This document shows positions 21,101-36,100 of a stretch of DNA of 64,000 nucleotides, one piece after another. Position numbers and translations under genes: made by a program. This DNA is from Callorhinchus milii (lineage: Eukaryota), in contig NW_024704744.1 in assembly GCF_018977255.1 (NCBI RefSeq), positions 75,268,001 to 75,332,000 of the forward strand. The letters run 5' to 3'. The notes beneath the pieces are model-generated. The model did no database searches and had not been told where the DNA came from. It saw only the letters and a program-made list of their open reading frames with translations. How positions within the stretch are numbered: position 1 is the first letter of the stretch; each line of letters starts with the position of its first letter.

Positions 21101-24100
21101 ATTCACAGTCAATAACATTCCCAAAACTAATGCTCTGCGGTGGTACTGTCAGCGCTGCTCAAAGCTGGTCAGCGTAGGTTCAATCGTGTGGATAGTGACA
21201 ATCACAGGAACATTTCAGAATATCGTTGGCTGACGCTATTTGTGATGTTTGATGTGAAACAACACAATACTATTTATATTTATTCAGCACCTTTCACGAC
21301 GAGAGGACATTTCTAAGAGTTTCATACAGTTGGCTGGGCTCCAGAGCCAGGGTTTGGGGGTGGGGGAAGACAACCGAAAGCACTATCTTCGAGTGGAGAC
21401 AGAGGGGGGAGTCGGAGGGACTTTGGGATGGAGTTCAGAGACTTGAGGATTATTAATAATAATAATCCTTACATTTGATAGAACGCCTTATCAAGTCATT
21501 GAAATGTCTCAAAGTGCTTCACAGAATATACTGCAAAATGGATTGACTGTGTATTTTGTGGGTGAAATGTGGCAGCCAATTATCCACAACAGTGTGAATT
21601 GAGTGAACAAATGCTTTTTTTTTTGAGGGATTATTATCCCCGGAAAGCAATCTGCCAATCGATTAACAACCGGGTTCCTTCTTACTGCTGGGTAAACAGA
21701 GGCGTGTGGAGTTAGGAAACTTACCTAAGCTTTCGAACCGCCCAGGAATCAAACCCGGGTCCTCTCGCTTGCGAGACAAGCACACTGACCACTACGTTAC
21801 ATAATAATAATAATAATAATCCTTGCATTTGATACATATATACATGTATGGAGAAGATAGGGAGAGGGATATGGAGCAACAACAACAACTTGCATTTATA
21901 TAGTGCCCTTCAAATGGGTAGCTTACTGAAGCGTTTTGTTGCAGAGGGAGTGGCTGGATTGGTAGGTCTGTAGGAGGTTGTTCAAGTCGGGTGGGGATGA
22001 GACCGTAGAGGAATTTTAAAGGTGAGGACGAGGATCCTGAACTCGATTCACTGGGGGATGGGGAGCCAGAAACATCACACAGAGGAACGAGAGCTCCTCA
22101 CCAACTGCAGCTCAGCAAGAAATGGGCGAGAAACTTGGCACCATCTTCCGCCCCACAGCTCGGATACACGTCACTACCCCTCGAGCGGTGGTTTGACATG
22201 CGTTTCTGACACTCAGTGCGGCCCTTTGGCACAAACCTCTGTTGTGGCCATAATTACAAAACCATGGTAAAGTATCCATACTTGAAAAACAAACTTAAAG
22301 TGAAAGGATTAGGAAAGTGCCGGTGAATAGGGTTTGAGTTCAAGCCCCAGTGTGAAGGGGTGTGATGGAGCTAACACCAGCACAGACAGCCAGCTCAGTA
22401 GGGTTTGAGGAGGTGCGAGAGGGAAGATAGTGCCAAATCTCTCGCCCATTTCTGATCATGAGGAGCTCAGCAGATCGAGATGCTCTTCCTCACCTTTAAA
22501 ATATCTCCATGGTCTCACCCTACCCTACCTTTGCAACACACAGGGCTGACAGGTTACGTAAACTTGGCTTGTATTCCCTCGAGTTTAGAAGGTTGATGGG
22601 TGATTTGATTGAAGTATTTAAAATAATGGGATTAGATAGGGTAAATAGAGAGAAACTATTTCTCTAAACTAAACTATTTCTCTGTATGGTAGGGGAATCC
22701 AGAACAAGGAGCATAATCTTAAAATTAGAGCTAGGCCATTTAGGAGTGAAATCAGGAAGCATTTAGTAGAAATCAGGAACTTTCTCCCCCAAAAGGCAGT
22801 GGATGTTGGATCCATTCAAATTTTCAAGACTGAGGTGGATAGATTTTTGTTAGAAAATATAGTATCAAGGGATATTGGGCAAAGACGGGTAAATGGAGTT
22901 GAGGTATAGTCATGATCTAATAGAATGTCAGAACAGGCTCGAGTGGATGAATGGCCTCCTCCTGTTCCTCTGTTCCTGAACTATCCCCCATTGTAAGGGA
23001 TTTCCCCGCTGGACGTGAGCCCCAAGCCTGACTGATGATCGGAGTTTCCCAGCCGAGGGTTTGAACAGTAAAACCTCCACACTTGCGGTTCATGACCAAT
23101 ATCTGAATGAGGATTTCAGACTTACAGGATGCTGAGGAGCTCCTGAGAGAATCTTCGCTGGATGGAAGACGGAAGCCTGTGTTAGGCTGTCTTCAGATGT
23201 TATAGAATGATCAGACACAGATTTCTTCAAATTCAGTACAGCTAGAAGTAGTATAAAAGACAACAACATTGTTTATTCAGCGCCCTTGATGCGGGACAGC
23301 TTATCGGAGCGCTTAACAGTGGAGGAGCCTGAGGCCAAGCCAGGGGGAGGAGATAGTAATCACGGGCTAAGGGGTGGGTCTTCATTTGTGATCTAAAAGA
23401 GAGGAAGCAGGGGGCAAAGTGGAGGGAATGAGGGAGAGAGTTCCAAAGCTTCGGGGGTAGTGGCTGAAAGCGTGGCCATCAACGGTGGAGCGGAGCGGAG
23501 AAGAGACAAACAGGAGGCTGGAGTCAGTCGAGCGGAGGCAACGGGTATTGGGTTGGGAAGAAAGCAGGTCAGAGAGGTAGGGAGGTACCAGGGAGTGAAG
23601 GGATTTGAAGGCAAGTGAGAGGATCTTGAAATCAATTTGTTCTGTAATAGGGAGCCAGTGGATCCTGGGGAGGACTGGTGTGATGGGGGTACAGAGTTTA
23701 GTGTGGGTGTGTAAACACCGTACCCCAATCACACCAGTCCTCCCCAGGTCTCTCTATATCTTTCTCTCTCCCCCCATGTCTAACCATATACTGTTTTCTG
23801 TAACAGAAATCTCTCTACCTTGTGTTGCCATCCACACCTGAGTGAGCAGCGAACAAAAGGGATACAGGAGGGGAGGAAATGGATTGGGAAGACTGAAGGT
23901 TCATGTGGAATATAAACACTGGCATGGACCAGTTGGGACAAATGGCCCTCGTCACTCTGCACGTAGGTTTAGAAATCCTTTTACAAATCATGTAAATTAG
24001 AACCCATTGGTTGCTGGAGAAAGCCATGTGGATTTTTCCGTTGATGGCGCTGTGCTTACCGGGGAGTGGGGGCCTCTGCGGGGGCCGGGGGCGCCCGGGC

Positions 24101-27100
24101 ACCGACACGGACCTGCTGGTGGTGCGGGGACGGAATTCACCGACTGGAGACATCTCCGGAGCGACTGAGGAAATGTCCGTTTCATCTGAAACAGAAAGTG
24201 TGTATTTAGCCACAAGGCGGCAGAAATCATCCCAACTCTAACCAGGGAGTCAACCACCCAAACCATAGCCAGGGAGTCAACCACCCAAACCATAGCCAGG
24301 GAGTCAACCACCCAAACCATAGCCAGGGAGTCAACCACCCAAACCATAGCCAGGGAGTCAACCACCCAAACCATAGCCAGGGAGTCAACCACCCAAACCA
24401 TAGCCGGAAATCAACCACCCAAACCATAGCCAGGGAGTCAACCACCCAAACCATAGCCAGGGAGTCAACCACCCAAACCATAGCCAGGGAGTCAACCACC
24501 CAAACCATAGCCAGGGAGTCAACCACCCAAACCATAGCCGGAAATCAACCACCCAAACCATAGCCAGGGAGTCAACCACCCAAACCATAGCCAGGGAATC
24601 ACCCAAACAATTATCAGGATCAACCCAACTTTACTGCCGACCCATCGCATACTTTGTCGTCCCCCCGGCTCCATCTCACGGGAAGCTCTGAAACCCCCTC
24701 CTGATGTAAGCTATGACTGCACCCCTCCCCTGTGTAGGCCCCAGCCTGGGTTACCTGTGGCTGCTGGTTGTTGGCTGAGAGCCGGCCTGGGCTCAGTGTG
24801 TGACGGACCCTCGGTGCCCTCCTGAGCTGAGTATTCAGGAGACAGCGGGCGGAGGCTGGGGCTGTGTCTGGGCATCAATCCAGCCAAAACGTGCTGAGGC
24901 ACAGCTTCATCCAACTCCTCGTCCAGATCTCCTGCAGGTACATAGTCAATCAGCTCACATCAGCAACTCGTGTGGTACATTATTATGATAATAATCCTTG
25001 CATTTGATATAGCTCCTTATCACATCTTCCAGACGTCTCAAAGCGCTTCACACTGTAAAGTGTAGCGATTGTGTGTTTTGTGGGCGAAACACAGTAGCCA
25101 ATTGTGCACAGCAGTGTCCCACAAACAGTTGTGGATTGATTGACCAAATTATTTGTATGTTTTAAATATATATACTAATTATTTATTTTGAAGGGATTAT
25201 TACTCCCGGAAAGCTGATCCGCCAATCAACTAACAACTGGGTTCCTACATACTGCTAGGTAAATAGAGGCGGGTGGCGTAAGGAAACTTGCCTAAGGTTT
25301 AGCCCTGCCCAGAAATCAAACCTAGGTCCTCTCACTTGCAAGGAGAGCGCACTAACCACTACACTATGGGAGTCCACAACTATATTTCTTACAACTACTA
25401 ACACACCGGAGAAGTGACATTCTGTAACACAGCAACAGCCAGCCAGTGTGTGTGTCTGTGTAGTGGGGGGGCGGGGAGGAAGACAGCATTGGGGGACGCG
25501 AGTGGAAGGGAGGGGAAATGCCCCCAGGGGACATGGAGAGGGGAGAGGCAGCACCAGGGGACATGAGGGAACTATGGTAGTTCAGGGCGACATGGGGGTG
25601 AAGGGTAGATTGTCTCCAGTGATAGCCACACAATCCAGATCGTTTGGTGTGCACTGGAGTAATAATTATAATGTTCAATGCAGTCATCATAATACATCAG
25701 ACACAATCGCCATCTGACCTACCCTCAGTATCATAGTCCAGGCTGTCAAAATCAAAGGTCTCCTCCAGCAGACAGGAGTTTGCGGTGGGAGACATTGGTG
25801 CCATGCTGTTCCTCTTCATGTTAATCTCTTCCTGAAGATCATTCAGCCAGTCTCCTGTGAGTGGCTTTATGCTCACTGCTCTGCCATTCACCTGGACAAT
25901 GTGTGAATGATATTAATAATAATATTCACTTTTTTTTTTAGTCAGTAGCCGGGTGTCTGACACATGTGGAAACCCAACACTGTGCTTAAAGAGTATTCAA
26001 ACCAAGCTGAGAATTCCATGCATCCCACCTACACATGGAAATTCCAGAGAGAGATAGTTGGAATGGAATTGTGCACTCTTTAACTTGCACGGTTAACGGG
26101 AACTGAGTGAGAGGCACACAACAATGTCTCACAACAGCAATGGATTGAGCGGCAAATTTTCTCTGGGGGATTGTTGGCCACATATCGGGAGAGAAAAATT
26201 CCCTTCTCTTTACTAATAGTGCCACAGGATCTTTAACGTCCGCCTGAATAGGCAGACATGACCTGGGTTTCAACGTCTCATCCGAAGGACGGCTCCTTCT
26301 GTGCTGCATTGGAGTGTCAGCTTAGGCTATGTGATTCCAGGTACCGAAGTGGGGTTTGAATCCACAACCTTCTGACTCAGTGGCAAGAGCGCTATCACTG
26401 AGCCAGGCTGATGCATGTTATAACCTGGCACAGCAACAAACTGAGCAGGGAATCAGAAATGAGAGCCCAGAAGCAAGCCATTCACTGGTAACTAACACAC
26501 CGTAGTACAGAGCTCTGGAAAGGCTCAGAGCCTCTGCTAATTAATAATAATAATCCTTGCATTTGATAGAGTGCCTTATCACGTCGTTGAGACTTCTCAA
26601 AGGATATACTGTAAAATGGAGTGACTGGGAACAAAGGAAACACGACAGCCAGTTGTGCACAGCAATATCCCAGCCATGATTGATGAGTTGGCCAGGACAC
26701 CAAGAGAAACTCCCTTCCCGTTTCGAATAGCACAATGGGATCTTTAATATCCACCTGAACAGGCAGACAGGATCTTGCTTTAATGTCTCATCTGAAGGAC
26801 AGCCCCTCCAACAATGCAGAACCCCCACCACCACACCACCCACGAATTGCATTGGAGTGACAGCTTAGACGGCATGAGTTCAAGTTCAAGTCCCGACATC
26901 CCCACAATCTTCTGACTCCGAGGCGAGTTTACAGTATATCCTTGAGGCACTTTGGGCGTCCTCTGAACTCAAATATAACGATTACTATTATATATCTTTG
27001 AACAAAGTTATATATTAATAACAATTATTAATCTTGAAAACACTCCTAATTGAAGGGGTCACTCAAAGCATGACTGCGTGTGGGACGTTTCTGGTGCAAT

Positions 27101-30100
27101 TGGCTGCCGCCATTTCGCATACATATACACGGTATATTCCGTGATGCACTTTGCGACGTCTCAACTGTGTGATGAGGCGCTACATCAAATGCAAGGATTA
27201 TTATTATTACAACAACCTGCGTCCCGATAGCGCTCTTCACATCAGACAAACTTGGTCCTTTGTGCTGAGACAGTGTCAAATATAGATTATTGAAGCTCAC
27301 TGCATTATACACTTGTGGAATTCTGTAGCTCAGTGGTTAGAGCACTCGCTTTGCAAGCGAGACACCTGGGTTCAATTCCAGGCAGAGGGCGAAACCTTGG
27401 GCAAGTTTCCTTACTCCACACAGAGCCTAATAATAATCCCTCCCAAACAAAATAATAATTGGTCATTTTCAATCTACGACTGTTTGTGGGACACTGCTGT
27501 GTACAATTGGCTGCCGCATTTTGCCCACAAATATACAGTCAATTCACTTTAGTCTATTCTGTGAAGCGCTTTGAGACGTCTAGAAGACATGAAAAGTGCT
27601 ATATCAAATGCAAAGATTATTATTATAAGGACTTTAAAGCTGTGCTGGTCGCAGGCTTGATGTTTATGGCACAAGCCGGGACTTTGGAGCAGGAGGGCAG
27701 CACATTCAGCAGGAACACCAGACTTGCCTTTGTCCCATCCAATTCCAAAACTTTCAGCACCACACAGCTGTCCTGAAAGGTCACCAACATCTGTCCCCGA
27801 TCAAACCTGGTGGGAGCAAAGGAATACAGTTACTGTGTGGCCACACCTCAACCCACAACATCACTACGTGAACTCCATCCCTGCACAGTAATAATAGTAA
27901 TAATCCCTGCATTTGATATAGCAACTTATCACATCGTTAAGACGTCTCAAAGCACTTCACAGGATATACTGTAAAGTGTAGTGACTGTATTTTGAGGGCA
28001 AAACACTTAGACTGTGTGATTTCAATCCCGATGTGGGGTTTGAACCCACAACCTTCTGACTTAGAGGCGAGAACATGCCACACAGACACATAATACATAC
28101 ATAGTGCTATCAAGGTGGGAAAAACGATTCACACCCAGTCACTTATATATCAAAGTTACACATCAATGGTTTCACTGGCAAGTGTTGCAATAATAATCCG
28201 TGCATTTGATACAGTGCCTTATCATGTCGTCAAAACGTCCCAGAATTCAGCAAATTCTTAAATTCAGCTTCAAATTTAAAGCCGTTTTTTTCTGTAAGTT
28301 TCTTTTAAGAACAACAGAAAACTGTCTTCAAAGTTTGAAAAAATAATAATAAATCTTTCATGTCAGGAGGACGTATCAAAGCTCTTTGCAGAATTTACTG
28401 GGTATTTTATAGAAATCCCATGCAGTTCTGTAGCATAGTGGTTAGCATGATCACCTCGCAAGCGAGAGGACCCAGGTTTGGTTCCTGACCTGGCGAAACC
28501 TTAGGCAAGTTTCTTTACTCCACTTTCCTCTGTTTACCTAGCAGTATGTAGGAACCGGTTGTTAGTCGATTGCCAGATCGCTTTCCGGGGGTCATAATCC
28601 CTCCAGAAAAAAAAGTTAACATTTGGTCTCTCAATTCACAATTGTTTGTGGAACACTGTCGTGCTCAATTGGCTGCCACGTTTTGCCGATAAAAAAAATA
28701 CATAACCACTCCAGTTTACAATATATTCTGTGAAGCGCTTTGAGATGTCTCAATGACGTGATAAAGCGCTATATCATAAGCAAGGATTATTATTATTATT
28801 ATCAGAGAACACAGGAGCTGATTTGCCAGATGCTTGATTAATTTTGAGAGTGAGACATGCAATGACAGACCAATTGTCAAGGTTTCCGACACCAGGAACA
28901 ACAACGGCAAAATTACATTTGTACAGCGCCTTTCATGTCGGGAGGACGTCCCGAGGCGCTGGTACCTGAGCAGAAGGACGGTGCCGTAACTCCGGAAGCA
29001 GTGGATTAATTCACGGCTGATGTCTTCGGGAAAGTCCTCCCTCTCCTCGAGGCTCGGCGTTTTGACACAAACCACTACGGTGGCGTCAGACGGACCCTGG
29101 GAGGACGTGATTTTCTTGAGCACTCGCTCCTGGGCCAAGACATCCACTTCCTGGATGTTGATTTCCAAGACAGCCAGCACTGGCCTGGGGGAGGAGCGGA
29201 GAGAGGAACTCTTATGAAGAAACGATTAACATCACCTCTGGGGATGAATCTGGACACCACTTGCCCTTCCACTATTTGAATGTGGTCCATTTGAATAGTC
29301 ATCTGAGTGGGGTTTTGGGTATCAGCAGCTGGGTGTCTGACTCATGCGGAAACCCATCACCATGCTTAAGATTATCCAAACCAAACTGAGAATGCCATGC
29401 ATCCCACCTACACATGGAATTTCCTGAGATAAATTGTTGGAACGGATTGTGCACTCTCTCCCCACCAAGTATATATGGATGCATGACTAGATCAAACGCT
29501 AATGCCCACATACTTGGATGAGAAGCGCACAGTGGACATTAATGTCCTAATTTACACAGTCTCAGTCTCCAGTAAAGACTGGTCGGAGAACTGGTGTATG
29601 TTGGCCAGAAACCAAACACTGTCAAGGTGTAGTGTAAACATCCACCCACCTGTGGTCAGAAGCTTTCAGCTCTGCTCTGCCATAGTACAACACTACACCG
29701 GGATTACACGTGTGCTTGATCTTTGACTCTGCCTCGTGGTCGTAGCCTGTGAAACCTGGGTCTCCTGAAATACATGAGAAGTGTCCCTGAACAATCTAAC
29801 ATAGTATAATAATAATAATAATCCTTGCTTTTGATATAGCGGCAGCTAATTGTGCACAAGTGTCCCACAAACAGTCGTGGATTGAGCGACCAAAGTATTA
29901 TTAGTATTTTTTTTCAAAGGGATTATTATCTCCGGAGAGCAATCCACCAATCGATTAACAACCGGCTTCCTACTTACTGTTAGGTAAACAGAGGCGCGTA
30001 TAATAAGGAAACTTGCTTAAGGTTTCACCCAGCCCAGGAATTAAAACCGGGTTCTTTCGCTTGCGAGGTGAGTTTTCTAATCAATATGATACAGGACTTC

Positions 30101-33100
30101 ACTCAGGCTCCTCTGCAAGTCAAACTACTTCATCTGATCCTCAAGCCTTACAAAGGCTTGAATTACCTCTAAGTAATGAGAGCTTCAGGCTATTTGGTCT
30201 CATCTGTCCAGACCTCAACCTCCACTGGCTGTTAGCCTCGCTCAGTCATTCATACTCTCGCCTGAGTCACAAGGTTATCACATCATCAAGATGTCTCAAA
30301 GAGCTCCGCAAGATTTTATTGTGAAGTGTAGTGACTATGTGCTGGTAGTTGAATACCACAGTCAATCTGCCATGAGTGAGAGACCAATTTTATTTGAGGG
30401 ATTGTTGGCCAGGAAACCAGGAGAAGACACCTTCACTTTTCGAACAGTGCCATGGGATCTCGATTAACGTCTCAGTCAAAGGACGGCACCTCTGACAACA
30501 CAGCGTTTCCCCAACACTGCACTGTCAGCCTGGACTGAGCTCAAAGTCCCGATGTGGAGACTTGAACTCGTAACCTTCTGACTCGGAGGCGAGAGTCTGA
30601 CTGATCTCGCCAGGCTGACAGCTGGCATTTACGCAGATAAGCATCAGGTGTGCCTGCAACAAGGCAAAGGTCACACCTATTAGAATTGTTACATTCTTTT
30701 CACATAAGAGGTTCGACGAGAGAGTGACCAAAGTCCACATTGATGCCATCCCTACCCAATGTATCACTGGGCCATTTCCTTCGCCACCACAGCACTCGGT
30801 CCGTCCAGGCCGGAGTCCTGCACTTGTCGCTTGTGTCGTATACGTCTGTCCCCACATCGTACTTGTACGTTGGAGCAAATCTAATACAACCTTCCTGGAA
30901 GCCCTTGAAAATCTAAGTAAAAGAACAGTATTTGGGTCAACCTGGTTTATCATAATAATCTCCGCACTTCAATCAACGCCTTATCATGTTTGGAAACATC
31001 TCAAAGCGCTTCATAGGATATACTGTAAACTGGAGTAACTGAATTTTGCAGGCGAAATGTAACAGCCAGTTTGCACACAGCAGTGTCCCACAAACAGTGG
31101 TGGAGGGAGTGACCAAATTTTATTTGGGGGAATTGTTGGTCAGGACACCGGGAGAGAGAAACTCCTTTTTCTTTTCAAATAGTGTCATGGGATCTTCTAA
31201 CACAAGCACAGATGGGGAACGAAGATTATGCATAGCAGTGTCCCACAAACAGTCGTGGATTGACTGAACAAATTATTATAATTTTTTTTAAAAAAAAGGG
31301 ATTATTGCTCCCAGAAAGTGGTCCACCAATCGATTAAGAACTGGGTTCCAACTTACTGCTCGGTAAACAAAGGCATGTGCAGTAAGGAAACTTGCCTAAG
31401 GTTTTGCCCTGCCCGGGAATCAAACCCAGGTCCTCTCGCTTCTGAGGCGAGTGCACTGACAACTATTCTATGGGACGTTCAGAAGATAAGAAGCTGACCG
31501 CTCAGTGGAGATGAATCCATCTGAATGTCTGTCTCTGGCCGCTCTCAGCACTCACTTTGCTTTCAGCTCTCTGCTGCTGGAGCTGCTCGTGAGCCTGCAG
31601 ACTCCACCAGTCCTGTTTCTTAACGTGCTGCAAGACCTCGTCGTTCGGAAGATCGATCCTGTAGTTCAGGTCTCCACACCAGAACACGTAGTCGTGCGAG
31701 AAGATGTTCTGGCCCTGTCAGAACCAAGGCAAGATGCTTGTGTTTACCATAAAATAATCAATAACCATCCACTGAATCCTGCATGCCAAAGCCCTAACAG
31801 GTAGGGTGGTCCTCACTGGACAATCAGTGGGAAAGCTTGCCTGACAGGTCCTACAATGATAAGCTGTGCGCTTTTAGCTGGTTAGCCTCCAGCAGTTACA
31901 CCAACATCCGCCCTGGGGTTCCCAAGCCTTGGCTTTTGCCAACCTGTGCTTAATACTTTCCAGAATTAGGTAAGCAGGATGCATGATAAGGTTTATATCA
32001 AATGCAAGGATTATTATTATTATTATTTTTATTAATATTTCGGATGATGGCCTACCATTGGGAAGGTGAGTTTCTGGGCAATCTCCCTGTAATCTTCATT
32101 CCTTTCTTTGACTTGGTTCTGACCAGCTGTCAGGTGAGCACACACAAAGCACAGCGAGCTGCTGTAAAACTGAAAGCGGATGGCCACCGCTCCTTTGTTC
32201 CCAGTTTTTCCTCCCATTCCTGTCTTCACTGTATCCATGGCAACTTCCCTGGAAAACGAGAAAGGAGAAGTCCCAGTCAACAGCAATGCCAGTCAACTGC
32301 TGAATGTTGGATAACGTCTAATGGGTGGTCCTGGTTGGACAAGCAGCAGGAAAACTTGTCATAGAATGCTTTCACAAGCTATGTGGTTTCAGCTGGTTAG
32401 ACTCCAGCAGTTACCCCAACGCACACTCTGGGGTCCCCCAAGCATTGGCTCTCACAAACTTGCCCATAATACTCTCCAGCAATAGATAAGCAGCTTGTCT
32501 CCCCCCCGAGGAGAGACAACACATTCCATTCTAGACACAACAAGACTCAGTCCCTACCTCTGAGACCTTGTAACTTCATATCCACCTGTCAGCTCCCTCC
32601 GCTCAGCAGACTCTGACCTGCTCCATGCCCCCTGTCATGCCTGCCCCACCGTCAGATCTTCATCCTCCCTGGACCCACTCTCTGGAACTCCATCCCACAG
32701 TCCCCTCCCTTGGTTCCTTCAAGGCCCATCTCAAGACCTTCTTCAACTGCGCCTTTGGTCACCCTCCTACACCCACCTTCGCTGCCTCCACCTCTCCGGA
32801 TCCCAATCCCCAGATCGGGTGCAAATCCTGGACTGTCCAGCACCTTGGAAAGATCTCCTGACATGGAAGCGCTACGAGTTCACCGTCCGGCATTAAGGGC
32901 ACTATATAAATGCAAGTTGTTGTTGTTGAAAGGCGTTATACAAATGTACTTTGTTGTTTCAGCGCCTTGGGACGTCCTCCTGACGTGAAAGGCGCTTTAT
33001 AAATGGAATCTTGTTGTTGTTGTTGTTTGGATACCTTTTAGCACAGCGATGGATTTCAGCATTTGTCAAACGCCCAGCTGTTGGACGTTTTCCTTTGCCA

Positions 33101-36100
33101 AGCATGGAACTAATAAGGCCTCAATGAGGCTTCATTTAACTCTCTCCCCAGACAGCCCCCCCACCCGTCCTCTGCCTCCCCACCAATAATAGCTGGTCAT
33201 TAGGCAGGAACTCACCTGATATAAGGGACGTGGTGGAGCCGGACAAACACAAACAGACACAACCCCACCAGCTGCCCCGAGACCAGTAATATGTACTTGT
33301 GTCTGGTGGAGATCGCCTTCTGGAGCTGCTCTGCCCAGATCTTCTTATTAGTTGTGCTGTTAGAAAGTCAAACAGAAAGTCAAGAATGCTGTAGTTTAGT
33401 GGTTAGTGCAATCGCCTCATAAGCGAGTGGACTCAGGCTCAATTCCTGTGCAGGGCAAAACCTTAAGTCCCCCACTACATGCCGCTGAGACCCTCATACA
33501 TGTATTTATAACATTGAGGCTTGACTATGCAAACTCCCTATGTGTCAGCCTCCCCAACTCCTCCCTCCATAGGCTGCAGGTCATCCAGAACTCTGCAGAT
33601 TGTGTTCTCTCCTGCACCGGCTCCATGACCTTATCACACCCATCCTCGCCCGACTCCACTGGCTTTCCATCACACAGAGGATACAGTTCAAGGTACTAGG
33701 CCTCACCTTCAAAGCCCTCCATGGCTTTGCTCCCCACTAGTTCTGCGACATCCTAACCACCTACCAACCTGCTCACTTCTTCCGCTCAGCGGGCTCCGGC
33801 CTGCTTCATGTCCCCCGCCTCACCCACCCCACCATTAGCGGGTGGGCCTTCTCCATCCTCTGGAACTCCATCCCGCAGTCTCTCCATCTTGTCCGCTCCT
33901 TCAAGACCCGTCTCAAGACTTTCCTCATTGACCGTGCCTTCAATCATCCTCTTTAGCCCCCTGTCCTCCATCCTCCCCAATTCCGACCCCCAGCTCAGGT
34001 CCGAAACACTGATTATCAGCCTTGGGACGTCCTCCCAATGTGAAAGGCGGTATACAAATGTAATTTTGTTGTTGTTAAGTAAGTATCCTTACTCTACACA
34101 CCTCTGTTTACCTAGCAGTAAGCAGGAACTCAGTTGTTAGCCGATTGGCGGATCGCTTTCCGGGGGTAATAATCCCTTCAAAAAATAAAATATTAATAAT
34201 AATTTGGTCGCTCAATCCACGACTGTTTGTGGAACACTGCTGAGCGCAATTGGCTGCTGTGTTTCGTCCACAAAATGTACGGTCAATTCACTTTTAAAAT
34301 ATATTTTGTGAAGCGCTTTGAGATGTCTCAGTGACAAAGCCGAGCGACCGGCAATCAGATATGGTAATTCATGAGTAATAATAATAATACATGCATTTGA
34401 AACAGTGCCTTATCACATCATTGAGAAGTCTCAAAGCGCTTCACAAGATTTACTGCAAAGTTCAGTGACTGTATTTATAGGCAAACATAAATGACCAATT
34501 GACAGGAAACAGCAGCCAAAAATTAGTGGGAACATAGAAACAAGAGATGGACATTCAGCCCCTCGAGCCTATTCCGCCATTCTATTAGATCATGGCTGAT
34601 CTGTATCTCAATTCCATTTACCCGCCTTTCTCCATATCCCTTGATACCCTTACCTATCAAAAATCTATCCACCTCAGCCTTGACAATTTCAACTGATCCA
34701 GCATCCACAACCCAATGGGAGAGTTCCAGATTTCCACAACACTTTGTGTGAAACAGTACTTCCTGATTTCACTCCTAAATGGCCTAGCTCTAATTGTAAG
34801 ATGAAGCCCCCTTATTCTGGATTCCCCCACCAGAGGAAAATGAATGGGGCGTAACAACGGGGTGTCATCTTATGCCTCTGATTAAAGCAGGAAAGATCAG
34901 AGGTTGAAAAGCCACCTTGTCCCAGGCTATGAGAATTGTGAGAAGCCTTGAATTCGGTCCTGATTTAGAAGCCGGCTTCAGATTGAGCCTTTCAGATACA
35001 GGAGTTTCCACAATACAGCAGCCGTTGACTTAATATAGTACACACAACAACCACTGATTTAGCACAACAGCCACCATCGTTGAGTTAGGACAATACGATT
35101 AGGACTACATTGTCCGTGAGGTCGACTGGGAGGGATTGAGGATCTGAAGTGAGGCTGGGAGGGTCTAAAGCCTGTTCATTACCTGGCATTGACAATGTTT
35201 CCTGCATTGAGCTCCACCATTTCCTGGAATCCGATCGCAAAGATATCAGGTGAGCAGCTCTTGTCACCTGGGGAAACAAGGAGAGGTGGTGAAGTGCCGG
35301 CCAGTCAGTGTGTCCGAGGCTTTGGCTCACTCTGTTCGAGGTGACAGTTCGCGGATGTTGCAACAAGGCTCTGACTTACCGTGAGGCCTGCTGTGGCTGG
35401 GAGTGTCGAGCAGCCAGCTGGTCAGCTCTGAGATACTAAGCACATTGTTCCGGAACTGTTTTCCACCGTTGACATTCCACGTTCCCACACTGATCTGAGC
35501 TCGCCTGAAATGGGAGTACTCAAGCTGGCGTTCACACATAGCTTTCAGAATCCCACGAGGTGCTGTAAGATAACAGAGGGTCAGACAACCGGAGGCAGCC
35601 TCGACCAACAACACCACCACATGCAATTATATAGAGTGGTGTCTCAAGAGCGCTGGATCAATGAACTCTATCATCTTAATAATGTGGAGTCCCGTGACAT
35701 ACTGGTTAGTGGCTTGACTCGCAAGCAAAAGGACCAGGGTTCGATTCCCAGGTGGGGTGAAACCTTAGGAAAGTTTCCTTACTCCACATGTCTCTGTTTA
35801 CCTAACAGTAAGTAGGAACCCGGTTGTTAGTTGATTGATGGATCGCTTTCCGGTTGTAGTAAATCCTTAAAAAATCCTTAAAAGTACTTGCTAGACAAGT
35901 ACTCTATCCAATATGCTACAGGACTCCTCAAAAAAAATCCTTAATAATTTGGTCACTCAATCCAAGACTGTTTGTGGCTACTATGCCCACAAAATATACA
36001 GTCAATTTACTTTACAAAATACTCTGTGAAGCACTTTGAGACATCTCAACGACGTGATAAGGCAAATGCGAGCAATATTATATTATAAAACTACTCCTTA

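Noticed and set aside
23997-24606. CRISPR-like array or repeat-protein ORFs
   Set aside because: Contiguous 27-bp units with no unique spacers; a eukaryotic intronic minisatellite.
27316-27390. tRNA-Ala-like genes (also at many other SINE heads)
   Set aside because: No complete acceptor stem; each runs on into a SINE body, so they are SINE heads.
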